Positions 1 through 29,401 are shown, counted from the first letter of the stretch. The stretch is DNA of 64,000 nucleotides from Catajapyx aquilonaris (GCA_000934665.2 JYFJ02002003.1:1-64000); one strand, 5' to 3'. Numbers and translations are program-made. Notes: a model not told the origin generated them from the letters alone.

Positions 1-335
1 CGTACATGCGGCAATGCCTCTTTCGGTCTCAGCCACGGGACACTTGCCAATTTGCAAAACACTGCCCGCTCTGTGCCTCCATAGGGAAAAAGAAAATCAC
101 AACGAGCGAAAATGGAAGCCGAAAGGAATTTCTGAAAAATAAAACACTCATAAATGTTACCTGTTACACGTACTTCAACTCTTTACAACCAGTGAGCTCT
201 TTGAAGGGCAATTAAAACGAGTACTCCTAAAGCTATTGCTTGGGATAAAGAAGCGGCTGTGTGAACATGTAATGAGTCTGTATGTGAATCAAACGAAAGG
301 CGCGTGTAACCTTACACCTTGACCTTTCGTGGGGT

Positions 336-850
336 TATCGATACGACAATATATCAACACGGCCATTAAATGCCAAATAACCTTACCACAAACACCATAT
401 TATCATCTGTCAAGTAATTGTATAGAAATGCCTTAATTAATAGGAAAACATGATCGGAATCATGATTATGAAGACATATTGTGATTATCGATATACCGGT
501 TTACATGTGCAGTACTTTTTGTATGTCCGCCAATCAGATACCGGAATCAAATAAGAAGACCAACCAGCGACGGAAGCGCATGCGTACTAGTTACACACTG
601 GAATGTGTGAGCAATCTCGAGGCGATTACACCTTCCAAGCACCGTGTTCCAAACTGCGCATGTGCTAGACACGCTATTGGTCGTCCTTCCTCCATCTCGG
701 CATCTGATTGGCTAGTTCACGACCGGCGTCATCAGTTTCCATTACCGGCCGCCAGTGTCGCGTTTACCGTCGAATCACGCCGTTTTCGGTTTTTCTTCAT
801 TTTTTTTTCATTCTTCTTTTTTTCTCCCTATTCCGTGTTCGAAAGCAAAG

Positions 851-859
<9 letters not shown>
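336..859 (+). promoter_or_regulatory. Housekeeping-type promoter of MetAP2
   Basis: DRE palindromes TATCGATA at 336-343 and 486-493, NRF1/Ewg-like GCGCATGCG near 576-585 and 654-664, CCAAT/ATTGG boxes near 530, 676 and 707, and a YY1-like AAGATGGCGGCC at 848-859 overlapping the start codon. Confidence 0.6.
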
Positions 860-9394
<8,535 letters not shown>

Positions 9395-10377
9395 TGGAGC
9401 AGCAGGCCAGGGAAAGAGGTTGGACTTACTGGTCAGTACTTTAGCTTTGACGCACACTGCGATGTTTTCAAGTTCTGACTTACATCGCTACTTTTCTGAT
9501 ATTCGTACACTGTTGGTTAATAATGCTTGTGATACTGTACGAGTACAATTTTAATTCAGTGTAATGGTGATTCCAGTTGTTATTCTCATTTCAGGTTGAA
9601 AATTGCAATACATGCCCATTTCAAGAATTGTGATCTTCCTTTATTGTAATTTGGACGACAACTTGCAGATTGTTCGAGTGACTGTTGATGTTTTTTTTAT
9701 TTTTAAATTCCTTTCTTACTATAGTTTTCCCTGAGGTATTGCCTTTCTCGAAAACTGGGTCTTACGAGGCCATGTTCATAGGCTGTTTTCCATCCCTCCC
9801 TGTCTCAGTTTGTATTATTATTGTTTTTGAAGTTTCCATCCTCCAAATGAGAAAGGATAATGGAGTGTACTGCTGCAGTTCTGGAAAATGTACTTTTTTG
9901 GACTGAGTTTTATTTGCATTTGTTCATTGTCACTTTCAGGCAAATGGCAATTTGGTATGTTGCACCGGACAAGCCAATGTAAGTTGGTGAGTTTGCATCA
10001 TATTTGATGAATTCCAATAATTAGGTTTCGTATGGATTGTTGTTCCTAATTGCAATTTGACCTTCATTAAGGCTATATTGAGATAGAAGATGATGTCCAA
10101 ATTATTTGAGTTCGGTTATTGCTCAATGCTCACTAAATCATTTCTTTAATGAAATTAATGTACATCCATGTTTTCCCGTTGTATTAATAATAACCCATTT
10201 GAGAAGTGTTGGGCATCAGACCAAATGTCTGATTCCTGTCGTCTTCCAGGAAAGAGAATGAAGGAAAACTGATACTGATTTTGCAGTGATGACAAGGTCA
10301 GAGGTGGGGGTCACGCAGATGGCATATCGTATTTGTCAGGATGTTGGGCATATTTTGTCCTTGGAAGTTCATTCGAC

Positions 10378-12304
<1,927 letters not shown>

Positions 12305-13148
12305 AGTTGACTCTGTCTCTTGAAAGCAATGGAGGGTGATTTTATGCCACGCACAGTGTGGAGGATTTGTGCATGGGCAATTTAACATCTCATGAAATAA
12401 TCATGAACATTTCACACCACAATTATATCACCAGCAGCTGCGTGATGAAAGCTGTATTTTACTACATGAAATCGTGTTTTTCTATGTGCAAATAATCAAC
12501 TGTTTGATCCAATATAGTTTAATTATTTCTTATTTCGATTGACTTAAATGCATAGTCCAGTTCTTGCTGCATACTTACATTGTGCTTGGGTTAATAAATC
12601 TAATTTCCATCATCATTGTCGTTAATCACAATTCATTGTTTTTAATCATCGTTCATTGTTCCCTTGCCGGGGCAATTTCACAAGTTGGATTCATAATTAG
12701 CACAAAGCCATGTCATAATGCCAAAGTTTCAGGATTCTTGCTGCCAACCCAAACCCTCCACAATAATATTCCTCCTGTCATAATGTGGTGCATCTGTAGG
12801 CTGCATGCAATGATAGTAAGATACTGCCTACTCTTTTTCCCATCTCAAATTAACATTTCGATGGTGAGACACAATAGATGAAAAAATGTGAGAAGGGTGT
12901 AATGAAGCAAATTGATATTGGGTTATCATCACATTATTATACACGACCTTCAAGTTTCTGTATGGTGAAAAAAATGAATTCTCTCTGTCGACATCTATAG
13001 GCAAAATTCCTGGAAGATAAATAGGAGCTTAATAATATTATCATAGATAAGGATTTTACAATGAGTGTAACGTAATGGGTCAAGCAGCAAAGGGGACTAT
13101 TTAATGGCATGTGTCACACACCGTGTCGTCTTCAGACATTCATCAGAG

Positions 13149-15119
13149 ATGGACGGAATGAAACGGTGTGCTATTCTGGTGGTTCTGATCTCATTGGGAG
13201 GAGGTGAAGCGACTGCCCGAAGTCGTCTCGGCTTCGTCACCCGTGAAACTACAAAGGAACCGCCGAAACCCCAAGTGACTCAAGAAGCGCTTTCAGAAGC
13301 CATCCAGTCTTTGATTAAAACCATGGAGGACAAGTTCAGCCAGAATGGTCAGTTGAAATGATGTGTTTCACTGTGAATAATTATTAATAGATATAAGGCG
13401 TAGTTTCCCTCCATTTTTTAATGAAATGTTGATGTAATTTTTTCTGGGGTTTTAAAGCATTTATTAATTGAAGACTTGAGTTTTTGTGCTTAGCTCAAGA
13501 AATTCGGCAAATGAACGAAGAATCGAGAAAATATTTGGATGGAATTTCTGCAAGAACTGCGGTAAGGAAAATTAAGGGAATTAATATTTATTATTTCGTT
13601 CGTGGTTTTGTTAACAATTTTTTTTTCCATGCCATTCCAGAACTACATCATGGAGAAGACCGAGACTGAAGTAAAGGAACTGAGACAACAAATGAAAGTG
13701 TTGGAAGAAAGTCACCAGATGCTGCCACACAGTGTTAGGGAAGAAATAGTAAAGGACATGGGTAGTGCTCTGTCTGATATTATCGGAAATTATGCCAACA
13801 GGTTTGATGATTTAAATGGCATTAATCTTTAGCAATTAAGCCACCATTAGCGTTCCAACTTTGTAGACTAATGTGTTTATAATCGATGTGCTATAATCAC
13901 ACTATGCGGCGCAATTTTTCTGCCATTTCAGAGCTATGTCGAATTATAGTCAGACCCTGATGTCCGATGTCATCTCATTAGTCACATCTGACATCAAAGC
14001 TGCTTCCGAGAAGTTGCTTGCTGTAGAGCAGAGGCTCAAGGAAGAGCTGAAGGCAGAACTGGACACTGTGAGGTCATCTATGACCGCTGCTCAGTATTCC
14101 ATTTTTGACCAAGTAGGCAACACCACCAACCGAATTATGTCTGGTAAATATGAACACCGTTCTAAACCGAATTGCATCTCAAGTTGTCTATAAAATAATA
14201 CAGTTTGTGAATTAATTTCTCAGATGTGCATGCTATTAAGCGAATGACAATGCCGACCAGCTGTTCCGACATTAAGAGCAAAGGAAACAACCGGACTGGA
14301 ATCTACTTTGTGTTTTTGGCCGGAAATGACGTGCAGGTGAGATGTTTGGCCCACAATTTGTGCAGGCAGTATTACAAACACACTGCATGGTATTTGTTTT
14401 TTAATGTCCTCTTAAAGCTATTGAGTTTCACTTCATTCATCTGTGTGATGGTTTTTAAGGTGTACTGCGATATGGATACTGACGGAGGTGGTTGGACCAT
14501 GTTGCAAAGAAGAGACGACATCACACCTCACGTCGACTTCAACCGTGGATGGGACGACTACAAGAGAGGGTTTGGCGATTTGAATGGAGAGTTCTGGCTG
14601 GGTGAGTGTTACTGCTGCATATTATATAGTTTTAAAAAAAATGACGAATCAACTCTATTGACCAAAAATGGAATATCCTATCCGCTATCAGGCCTGGACA
14701 ACATCCACGCCCTGACCGCCTCGGAGAAAGTTCACCTGCGAGTGGACCTGGAAGACTGGGATGGAAGGCAGAAATTTGCAGAGTTCAGGGGGTTCAAGGT
14801 AGGGGACGAAGGCGACAAGTACCGTCTGTTTGCGGACGGTTACGTGGTTGGACGGGGCCTGGCTGGTGACTCTCTCAGCTGGTCACACTCTGCGATGGCC
14901 TTCTCGACGAATGACAGGGACAACGACAAGAAGACGGACGGGAACTGCGCCCAGGATCACTTCGGAGGCTGGTGGTACAAGGATTGCCACTTCTACTCCA
15001 ACTTGAACGGGCTTTATCTGAAAGGGAAGGACAAGCCAGGACAAGGAATCCAGTGGAAGACCTGGAAGGTCAACGACTATTCGCTCAAGAAAGTGGAGAT
15101 GAAGATCAGGAGAGCGTAA
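13149..15119 (+). CDS. FREP 2 (long coiled-coil neck)
   Basis: Exons 13149-13347, 13494-13561, 13641-13801, 13932-14143, 14224-14336, 14460-14601, 14692-15119; complete FBG domain. Confidence 0.93.
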
Positions 15120-15449
15120 TTAAAAGCACTGTGGTTACGAACACAATTTTTGTGTTCATTATACGCTTTCAATTCCAGAAATGTGAGATGAATCACAAAT
15201 ATTTGGGAGAGGCGAAAGTGTATTCTTCATCTGTCATTATAATGTTATATTTGTTAATTTATTGCACAAGTGCTGTACAATAAATCGTTGTTGTTCATAT
15301 TTAGTTCAGTCAACATCATTGTGGCATGCAAATAAGCGCCAAGTAGAATTATTGTGCAACCTTCCCTGTTTTTCTTCTGTGCACGTGATGTCCTTTGACA
15401 ACAGTAGAGAAGTCTTCATTGTTTAGCCTGCCGAATCTTTTAAAAAGAA

Positions 15450-16182
15450 CATCAAGTATACACATTTTAGTGTATATTAGTTATAGCAGAACCACTCCGC
15501 CACCGTGTCGCCCTCAACAGGTCTTTATTATTTTGTGCTGCACAAAAATTGTCAAGGAAACCAAATTATATTCTGGCTTAAATTTTGCACTGAACGAAAT
15601 TGATGCCAGAGCAATATTTTGTTTCCTTGACAATTTAATTCCGATAAGTCCACCTCGGTTGGCCATCTTGTATTTCCAGTTTGTTCCGGGCACAGTTATT
15701 TTGTGAAAGGTTCAAAATTTTGCTCTTTGGAATAATTCCAAACTGTTTGAATTTGTGCTCCATTTTTGTGCGTACATTTGGTCAACAATAATGCATTAAT
15801 AATATGGCAAGTTGGTAAACAAAAATGACCGTTGCTATGCGATGACATCATGAACAAATGAAGTAATTACAGGTAAAATAAAGTGGGGAAAAATCATAGC
15901 TTCAATCCTGTAGGAAGTAAGACTGTGAAGTTTTGAACACACGTCCGCACGATCATATTGCACATGCGGCCCCTTTGAAGTAGATACAGAATTCCGAATA
16001 GTTCTTACGAAAAAAATATATTTAAAAACCTATTTATTATCGGTTTTTAATTTTTTGTGAAGTACTGAAGAGGAATTCAGTCTACGTGCAAATGGTAGGA
16101 AATCACTTCATGACAGTGGGGATCTATGTTCAAAATTTGGAAGCTCTACCTGCAGCAGAATTTGCGAATTAAAAAAAACGTT

Positions 16183-16234
<52 letters not shown>

Positions 16235-16300
16235 GATGCTGAACAAACTCATTGTTCAAATGGCGTATTCGGTATTACACTTACGGGCTATCGTAAATGA
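15450..16300. mobile_element. Possible non-autonomous interspersed repeat (Helentron/DINE-like layout)
   Basis: Short hairpin TATACAC..GTGTATA at 15456-15476 after an A-rich stretch, an internal (CAA)n tract, and a small hairpin TTACG..CGTAA near 16281-16297. No second copy in the window. Confidence 0.3.
16184..16234 (+). repeat. (CAA)17 microsatellite
   Basis: Perfect trinucleotide run. Confidence 0.97.
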
Positions 16301-16708
16301 AGACCTCGGGAGAAAAACGATCATTGACTGTGACAGAGAGATGTATTTCCAACTGAGCTAAGGAACGAATATGTGCAAATTGAATTGCATATTTTAAGCA
16401 AGGTTATTGTATGAATGCAAATTAAAAGTAAATCTCATTTATTTGTTTTTCGCCCTAACCTGCATTATTTACAATATTGACGATTGTGTGTAGGGATTTT
16501 TTAAAATTGGATTCGTCTAATGACAAAAAATGAGTCCCTCGTCCTCGTTTGTAACATTTCATTGTCATCAGAGTCGTTTGTGGGCCAGAAATCAAATTAA
16601 TCAGCTTTTGTTTCCTATCTACTAATGATAGCATTACTTTTATGTATAAAAATGGTGAAGGTGATGAGTATTGAAGTTTGACAAGCGCAATTATCTGGTA
16701 GTGGTCGT

Positions 16709-18885
<2,177 letters not shown>

Positions 18886-18967
18886 CTAGATTCTAGGAGG
18901 GTGCTACACTTGACTCAATCAGACGACTCCTTTCTCCTCAATCCTGTGGGCATCGTGGGGCGTACTG

Positions 18968-18975
18968 CTTATATA
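18968..18975 (-). promoter_or_regulatory. TATA box of FREP 3
   Basis: TATATAAG about 83 nt upstream of the ATG at 18885. Confidence 0.5.
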
Positions 18976-19122
18976 GTGTCATTGGTGACCGCAAATATAA
19001 CCTTTATGGGCAGAGGGCAATGACTTCCTTATCGGAAGAGACGGGGTTATCATGCCCCACAACTTCAACAGGATCACAAGGAAGGAAAAGACCGAAAGAT
19101 AGCTTGAATTACTGTCCAATAC

Positions 19123-21205
<2,083 letters not shown>

Positions 21206-21302
21206 GAATAGAGATCATGCAAATATAAAATATGTACTGATATTATATTCAAAGTTCCCAAACTTTATTCGACGCGTTCGGAGCTGACGGATGTTAAATG
21301 GG

Positions 21303-23075
21303 TCATTTCGTATATGCCGTATTATTTGCAGTGTTGTACTGATGGTTCTGTCCATGGTTGTCTCGTCCTGATTCACCGACACGGAACTGCATTACGACCA
21401 CTAGGTACGTAGTGACTGCTCCAGTGATCTGCAGACGGAAGTGATTAAATAATACATCGGATTTTCATCACAGCCTGTGGCGTCAATAACTTACGTTAGT
21501 GAGAAGTCGTCTGTTGATGGAGAAGAAGTCTGCAGCTGTGATTTCCACAGGCGAAGTGTACATCGAATCCAGCAACAATTCGGCCTGAAATAATTCTCAC
21601 GAGTAAATGACTCGATCACGTTCTAGGTGTAATTAGACTCAGCACTTACTCTCGTCTTGCTCTCATTTCGATTCTGCAGCAGCTTAAGTTTGACTAGGGT
21701 GTCGCGAACTGCCTCAGCCTGAAAAGAGGGGGACATATTAGCATAATAACAAAATTATCAATCGATCAATCATTGCATCACTATTTCCTAAAAATGGGTA
21801 TTCAGAACTGTAATACACCAAATTCAATGATACAAGTGCTTACAAGGGTGGTGCACCAAAATAAACAGTAGTAAAAATGAGAGAATAAGAGGCAATAATA
21901 GAATCCAAATCTCCTAAAATAACAAAGGAACCGAATTGTAAAAATTTTCCCAAGTCATATAATGTGCAGAAGTAGCTGCAATGTAAATATTTACGAGAGT
22001 CATACTTGATTAATGTTTAAAATCACTGTAGGCCTACCTTATGCGGTACATCGCTCAAACTAATGGTGAAGACCAGAACTTGGATGGTGCTGAGTATGCT
22101 GATGGAGAGCATGGCGAGCTTGAATTCCAGATGGTGGATGTTGATGCTCCCAAAAAGCTGTATGGTCCAGTATGTGAAGACCACCGTCATGAAGACAAAC
22201 AGGCCGTACATGACCACCAGGTACGCTCCGAATATCCTGCTGACCGACACGACCATCTTGCGCAGGTCCAAGTACACAGAGGTCCAGGACTGCAACTCTT
22301 CTCTGCCGGTTTGGTCCATCATCAGGCTCGTTTCTGACGCAGACTCCGGACTCACTTCTTGGCCCTGCAGGTGCTTCCTGACCAGTTCAAATCTGGAGAC
22401 CAGGACTTGAACCAGCATAAATAAGGTCAACCCTGGCAGGAAGTGGGTCATAGTTGCAAAGGCAGCAGAGGCCTGCATGAATGTGAACTCGGACGCGTCG
22501 CTCCAGAGAGTTCGATTCACACTCACAAAAACAGCGTGAAGGACAAAGTGCACTCCCAGCAAAGCGGAGTACACCCACATCGGAAGGGTCATTTCCTCCC
22601 TGATCCTGCTCGGGAATTTGACCCCCATGCCTCGAAGCCTGTGGTCGAGGAGGGTCAGGTCGTGTATGAGGTCACAGAACTGGGTGCCGTAGACCATCAT
22701 GTTGGCAAAATTGATCCAGATGTGCGCGGTGCTGATCACTGAGGATATGATGCACATGGCCGAATCTGTTTTTGAACTTCCGAGCATATCGGAACCAGCC
22801 ATCCCGTACACCTCATGTGCCCTGTAGTTTGAATAAGTGGCCAACACCAGAAGGGATAAGCTCCACACAACCTCCCAGGACATCCTCCGCATCCGAACAG
22901 GCCTGTTCCTGTTCATAAACACGTTCTTCGCAGGGAACGACCCGAACACCTTACTGGCACGTAGGGTCATCGAGAGGACGCCGGGTCGTGGGTACGAGCT
23001 TGGATCAGAGTGGACGGGGATCGAACCCACGTCCCTTTTGAGGACACAGCTGACCACACGCTTACAAAGTGTCAT
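21303..23075 (-). CDS. Gustatory receptor (7tm_7 family) 1
   Basis: Exons 23075-22038, 21718-21650, 21584-21495, 21428-21303; three phase-0 3' introns; hydrophobic helices; C-terminal ITGAVTTYLVVVMQF matches the TYhhhhhQF motif. Confidence 0.92.
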
Positions 23076-23797
23076 CCTGAATGTGACTGGCGACTGCAGC
23101 CTGCTCCTTCCCAGAATAGTTTCATCATCGTAGAGACCCAACCCCAATTACGATAATGCATCTTGCATCAATCTGTCACCAAAAGATTAGGTGTATATCG
23201 TGTTTCCAACAGGTAATCAGTAGACCTAAGAGTTTGTCACGCAAAACGCGACCCTTTTGAACCACGTAAAAATGGCAAGGTCGCATGCAAGAGGTAAATC
23301 TTCAAAGTACAAGATGATTAATATCGTGTACACATTTAGTTAATTGACATCTTCGTTAATAAAGTACTTATATGAGTGTGTACTGCCCAAGTAAATTCGT
23401 GTAAAATTATTCATCAATTCAGCTAAGCCTTCTATAAGAATTAATAAAAAGAAATACACGACATCAATGCGAGCGTGTCTACTAATGGAATTAAATATCA
23501 TATACAGAGCAATCAATTCTGCCGCCCTTATGAGGAATAATTTATTCCCCATAAGCAACTAGCAGTACACGGAAAATCAATTTGCTTTAATTATTACGAG
23601 TGATTCTCGGATCGTGGCAGGTGACATTTTGACATGGTTCACGGTGACACACGACGTTTACAAAAATCGGACAACGCCCACTATTTTTTTAAATGAAAAG
23701 ACGCCAGCGTTTGACATCCAAGTGCTGCGTATAGTGCTGTACAAATGAGAAGAAATTACTTGAAGCGTGCCGGTTGCACCGTAAACACGAGTCCAGC

Positions 23798-25688
23798 ATG
23801 GGTTTGGCCAAAACTGGAAACGTGAGGCAGTTCGTAAATGTCAAGATGAGCAGGAGGTCACTCCTCCGCGAAATGTTGCCAGTGTCGAACTCTCTCCTCT
23901 GGTTTCTTCGAGTTTGCAAGTGCCTGGGTCTTTTTCCGGCCAAAAATATCTTCGGATGCGTCCATCGAGGACCACTCTTTGTCCTTCGTTCTCGCGAGTG
24001 CTTGTTCAGCTTTTTAGTCGTGGCCATCTGCTTGCCTGGGTTCGGGTACGAAGTGGTCTCATCTCTCCGTCGTACCAGAGAGACAATGGCGAATTACTCC
24101 AGTCACATGACCACGACAGTACTCGAGTCGTACTCCTTCCAGCAAACTGCTGCAGCCACCTGGAATCTCCTCCATATGGTCCTGTCCTGCTCGGCCCTGT
24201 GCACCTTCATCGGGAAATTGATGGAGCAAGACTTTAAGTTGAGAAGTGCTGGAATTCCGCTGCTGCGATGGAAAAGCGAGATGTCGCCGAGCTTGATTTT
24301 GGTCGTTGTCGCCGTGTCCACTAAGGTGTCTGCATTTTTATATCCGTTGCTGTTAATGCATTGGGGAGAAGGGTCGCAAGATGGTGATGGAATCGACCAA
24401 TTGTTGTTCGGAGTCATAATTTTGCATCAGGTACCGGCACTGATTCAAACAGTTCTGATTGGCCAGGCTTTGGAGAAGAGGTTTGCGCATGTCAACAATG
24501 CCTTGCTGGATATTGTTCGTCGCAGTCACACATCTAGATGGAACCAAGATGACTTCAGAATCCACGAGCTGTGTGACGTATACCACGGCCTGACAAAATT
24601 GGTGTCGGATATGAGCAGAATATTCGGATTTTGCTTCACCTTCATCTACGCTCAGGAGTTGATCAATATCACCTTCACGACGTACGTGGGGATTAAATTT
24701 ATGTCTACCTCGCCAGACATTTGGAGAACTTGGTCTATACTGAACTGGGTGATGTCTGTAACTTCTGCTATCCTGTTGGCTGCACTCACTTGGAAAATAG
24801 CGGAAATACCGAAAAAGGCAAGAGTCTAATTATTCTCGATTTATAAGTTTACTAACTTCTAACGAGTAATGTAAATTGTCGCATTTTTCCAGGCAAGATG
24901 TGCTTATGATGATCTGCGTGTGACGAGCGTCCAACAACTTTCAACAAATTGTCAGCAAAGAGTGAGTTTCCAAACGCATTTAATGTTATAATAATATTAG
25001 TTCCGGTTGTTTCCTAATGATTCAGACAAACTTTAATATTGAAAATAATTTAGATGCACAAAAGGATCCCTTGAAGGGTCGCTTAATGTTGAGCTTATCT
25101 GCATCCGTCATCTTATTACCTATATAATAATTGGATAAATAAATTGGATAAAAGAAAAAACACGTCACAGCATCTCTACTTTAAACTAAAATAAAAGAGC
25201 TAGTCTATTCTGCAGTGAGTTGCTGGTATTATCCGAGGTGATGGAAACGTCGTACGCTGTATCTGCTACAGATACGATGGGGTAATACACGCATTGATCA
25301 ATACTGATTATGAGTAATGAGTCTAAGATTGGTCTAAGAAGACCGAATTAATGCTCTTGCACTTTCCTTATAGAAGTTTTCCCGAATAAATATGAAACAC
25401 CCTGTATACTGCATAGAATCACTTGACGTAATTTGCAAATGTATACTTGCAGATTGCTCAGTTGTTATTGGCAATGTCGGACCGATCTAACGTCGAGGTG
25501 ACAGCCATGGATCTGTTCTCTATAAACCGTCGCATGCTAACGTCGGTAAGTACAGTACGATTACAGTTTGTCCCTTTTAATGCGAATATGCAATATTTTC
25601 TACATCTATCGGTGGTCTTTCGCAGATTGCTGGCGCCGTCACGACGTATCTCGTAGTTTTGCTCCAGTTCGACATGAGCGAAAAGTAG
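23798..25688 (+). CDS. Gustatory receptor 2
   Basis: Exons 23798-24817, 24893-24961, 25453-25545, 25626-25688; GLFPAKNIF near the N-terminus; IAGAVTTYLVVLLQF. Start codon uncertain. Confidence 0.92.
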
Positions 25689-26611
25689 TAATAATTAATA
25701 TACTGTAGTATAGGAAATGTGAAGGCTGGGAAGAAAACAAAAATAATGGTTTAAACTAATACACGTATCATATTTTTTATCAGTCAAAACATCTAAATAG
25801 CTTCTCTAACAGTGGTACTTTGCTTGTTGGATATCTCTGTTTAAATATTACTGTTCCCTGTAGTCACATTCTATTAGGAGCATTAAAGAGCAACGCAAAA
25901 AATGGTAGTCTGTGAAGGTCAAATTAGACTCCTTTAAGTGTCGGAGTTAAATAATCGACTGATGGCCAGGTGAAAGGTGACGGCCAGATCTTGTTGAACC
26001 GCAGTGTAATCTGATCGTCCGAGGAAAAAAAATTACATTGATTTGATGGAATGACTCTCACGTCATCAAAGTCGCTGGAAAACTTCCCCAATGAATTTTT
26101 AAGGAGCCAAGTGCCGCAATAAGCTATTTGCACTCCACGCCCAGTTTCCTTTGTCCGTTGATTCTCTTTCATCATCCTGTTTACATACATCGGGGCTGTA
26201 CATTGACCAAACGTCAATACCCGGACATGCCGTTTGTCACAAGACAAGTCCCATTTCTGGGGACAGGTGCTGGGAATGAAACGAAACTGAAATGATCACA
26301 AGTTATTTCGGAAAAGTGGGTTAAGGTTTCAACTAATCGGCCCACAAAAGTCCAGGTTGCGATGAGGTTTACGTAACACTCTTCCGATGAATTATGGACG
26401 AGCTACGTTACTTGCATTGAGCCAGTTTGCTTCATAAGTTGATTCCCTTTATGGTCGAGCACAATCCAATTTTCAAATGCCAGATGCGTCCTTGGATGCC
26501 ATTGTCAACAAGCCTCGACGCTGCGTGTGCAAGGTAAATTGCGGCTTATTGACTGAAACCACTGAAGAGCTTCGCACTTGACCAGTCTCATTTCTGTCAT
26601 ATGGGACAGAG

Positions 26612-28165
26612 ATGTTCGCAAAATGTTTCGGAAAGGTGGTCCATCTCAAAATCGAAATGGAGAGACCGGCCATGGTTGAAGTGGTTCCAGCTGACCAGTG
26701 CAGCCCTAGACATGGCCACCGGCAGTCACCAACAGTGTCGCCTCCTCTCCTCTGGTTCCTTCGCGCTTGCAAATTGGTCGGTCTTTTCCCAGCCAAGAAC
26801 GTGTTTTCTGATATCCACCTGGGACCGCGATTCAAGCTGATATCTGCAGAGACCGTCACCAGCTGTGCGACCTTGACTCTTCTGATGGCAGGTCTTACTT
26901 GGATCCTCACCAGCAGCTTCGGGCAATGGAACAATGGATTTCTTAAAGCCCAAGGGAACATGTCCACCAAGACAATTGTGTTGATGCAGGTGCAGTTCTA
27001 CCACATCACATTCGAAGGGATGTGGAACGTCCTGCATATGGTGCTCACCTGCCCTGGTCTGTGCTCATTGTTGAGAAGGATCTTGCAGGAGGATGAGGAG
27101 GCTAAGACGATTGGACTTGCTCTAGAGAGCCGGAAGAGTAAGCTATCTCCTACTCTGACCATCTTCTTCTTGGGCGCATTTGGAGAATTTGCCAGTCATG
27201 TCCATTCCCTCATACTGTTGTGGCCGCGCCTTAGCATGAACCAATCTGATGCCGCCAAAGTTGCATGCATGTTTATTCTGATCTCGGTTCAGTCCCTAGC
27301 AATGTCGCAACTAGTTCTGTTGTTCCGAGATATGGAACTGCGATTATCTGTGGCCAGCCAAACTCTGGTCAACCTCATTCGACGCAGCATCAACAGCAGT
27401 AGATCAGGTGGCAACAATGCTAGGGGAATCAGTGCCACTTGCAACATTTACCATAACATGACGAGCCTGGTTCACAGAGCCAGTCGTACATTTGGGCTGT
27501 CCCTCGTGCTGATGTACATAGAAAGGGTTGTCACTATCACTTTCTCGGCCTATCGCGTCATCGAGATAATAACATCCGAGTCGTGGAGCATTTCAGCAGT
27601 CAGTCACTGCGTCAGGCTCTTCTGTCGTGTTGTCACACTATCAGCGTTCACATGGAAGGCGGCGGATATTCCCAGACAGGTAAGCACTTTTTTTTTTTGA
27701 AAAAACCTATCACCCATCTTCAGTCAGTGTCATTGGCACTTTAATAAAATGCAGGCAGTGTCAGCTTACGACGAGATTCGTCTGATGGACATACGCAGTC
27801 TTCGGTCAACATGTCAGATGAAGGTAGAGTCGAGGACATTATTTTATTAAGCATACGACTTTTACTAATACTGAGATAACCGCATGGTGTCATACACATT
27901 TATGAATATCGTTCAGATATCTCAAGTGTTGCAGACCATGTCTGATTCCACGCGCGTAGAGGTGACGGCCTGCCAGCTGTTCTCTGTCAACCGTCGTCTG
28001 CTGACAGCGGTGAGTGGAAATTCAGTATAAAGTGCGCTCTGATATATGAATGGTTTATAATAGAACAAAAACTTCTCTCCTCTTCGTTTGGCACCCTGGA
28101 TGCAGATAGGTGCTGCTGTCACCACATATCTCCTAGTGCTTCTGCAATTCAGCGTTAATGGCTAG
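26612..28165 (+). CDS. Gustatory receptor 3
   Basis: Exons 26612-27679, 27755-27823, 27917-28009, 28106-28165; GLFPAKNVF; IGAAVTTYLLVLLQF. Start codon uncertain. Confidence 0.92.
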
Positions 28166-29401
28166 CGCAGCAGGACAAACGAGTGTGACACGTACTATGC
28201 ACGTCAAGCCATCCAACATTACCCCCATCATCATCATAATTTAATGCCTCAATAGTATAGAAGTTATCAGCTGATTGTTGAGACTTGTCGTCAGAGATTA
28301 GTTTCTCACACATCAGAGAGTCGGCTTAAGATTTTAAATGGCACCAAATATTTTGGCGATTTGAGAATCACGGCAGTCAGTTAGTCTGTTTATATTCTCC
28401 ATAGTCTTGCTTCCACGTGCTTATGCTTTTCTCACACTTATCATGTTTTTGAAGATAGTACAGCTCCAACGTTAAATGTGAAAATAGTTGCATTACAATA
28501 ATTATAACTGCGAAAATAAAATGTTGAAATAAGTATCAGTTTGCCTAACTGGACTACCAATCCTTCCCCTCCAATATGTCCAATACCAATGTACTCACAC
28601 ATCCTCCCTGGAACGTGGATACCACTCAAAATAACAGCTCGGATTATGCAAAAATTACATAGAGAAGTAAATACTGGAGTTCTTGAGCATTTCAAGGAAA
28701 AGGAACCATCTTTAGTGTTCGTTCAGGAATATTGCCTGTGCTCGGCAACTTATGCGTTATTAAAAGTAAGTATAGTCTGTGATTGGACTGACTGCTACTT
28801 CGCAATAGAGGTTACTATGGATTTGGTTTTCTGCAGAAATTATGTAATAGGCTACCTCGTGCAATGCACATACAAGTAGATACTGTCTTGTGGGGAGTGT
28901 CTGGCTGATTTTCCCTTCACTAAGTAATAAGGCAAACAAAGAAAAATCACAAGGTCGGCACATATGCTATAGCAGACGAAGCCGTCCTCTGGGATGCATT
29001 ACGGAATTACCATGAATAATTTCGTCTAAACAAGCCCTATCACTGTCACTCGCACACGAGCACGTGGATTTTACACGGGGTTCAAACCCAGCACCCATCA
29101 GCTTATTGGAAACGCCTACTTAAATGGTTAATATCACACGAATATTTTAAAGGGTCATTTGTCTTAATTCAGACCTTAATGAGTGTTGTGTTGATACTGT
29201 ATCACTCATAATGCTGTGCTGCAAATAATTCTGTCATCGGAACCAAAGCCTTTCTAATCGCTGTAGACTTCCTGGGTAAAAAGGTAATACTGATAAGGAT
29301 GTGGGAATGATTGCATGGTCATATAAGATTGGAAATCGTGCAACTGGTATATGTTTTAATCCTGAGGTGGTGCAGAATCAATGTTGGGAAGTTCATTCGA
29401 C

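Noticed and set aside
12990..13060. GATA and kappaB-like words upstream of FREP genes
   Set aside because: Short motifs expected by chance in AT-rich DNA; enrichment could not be tested.
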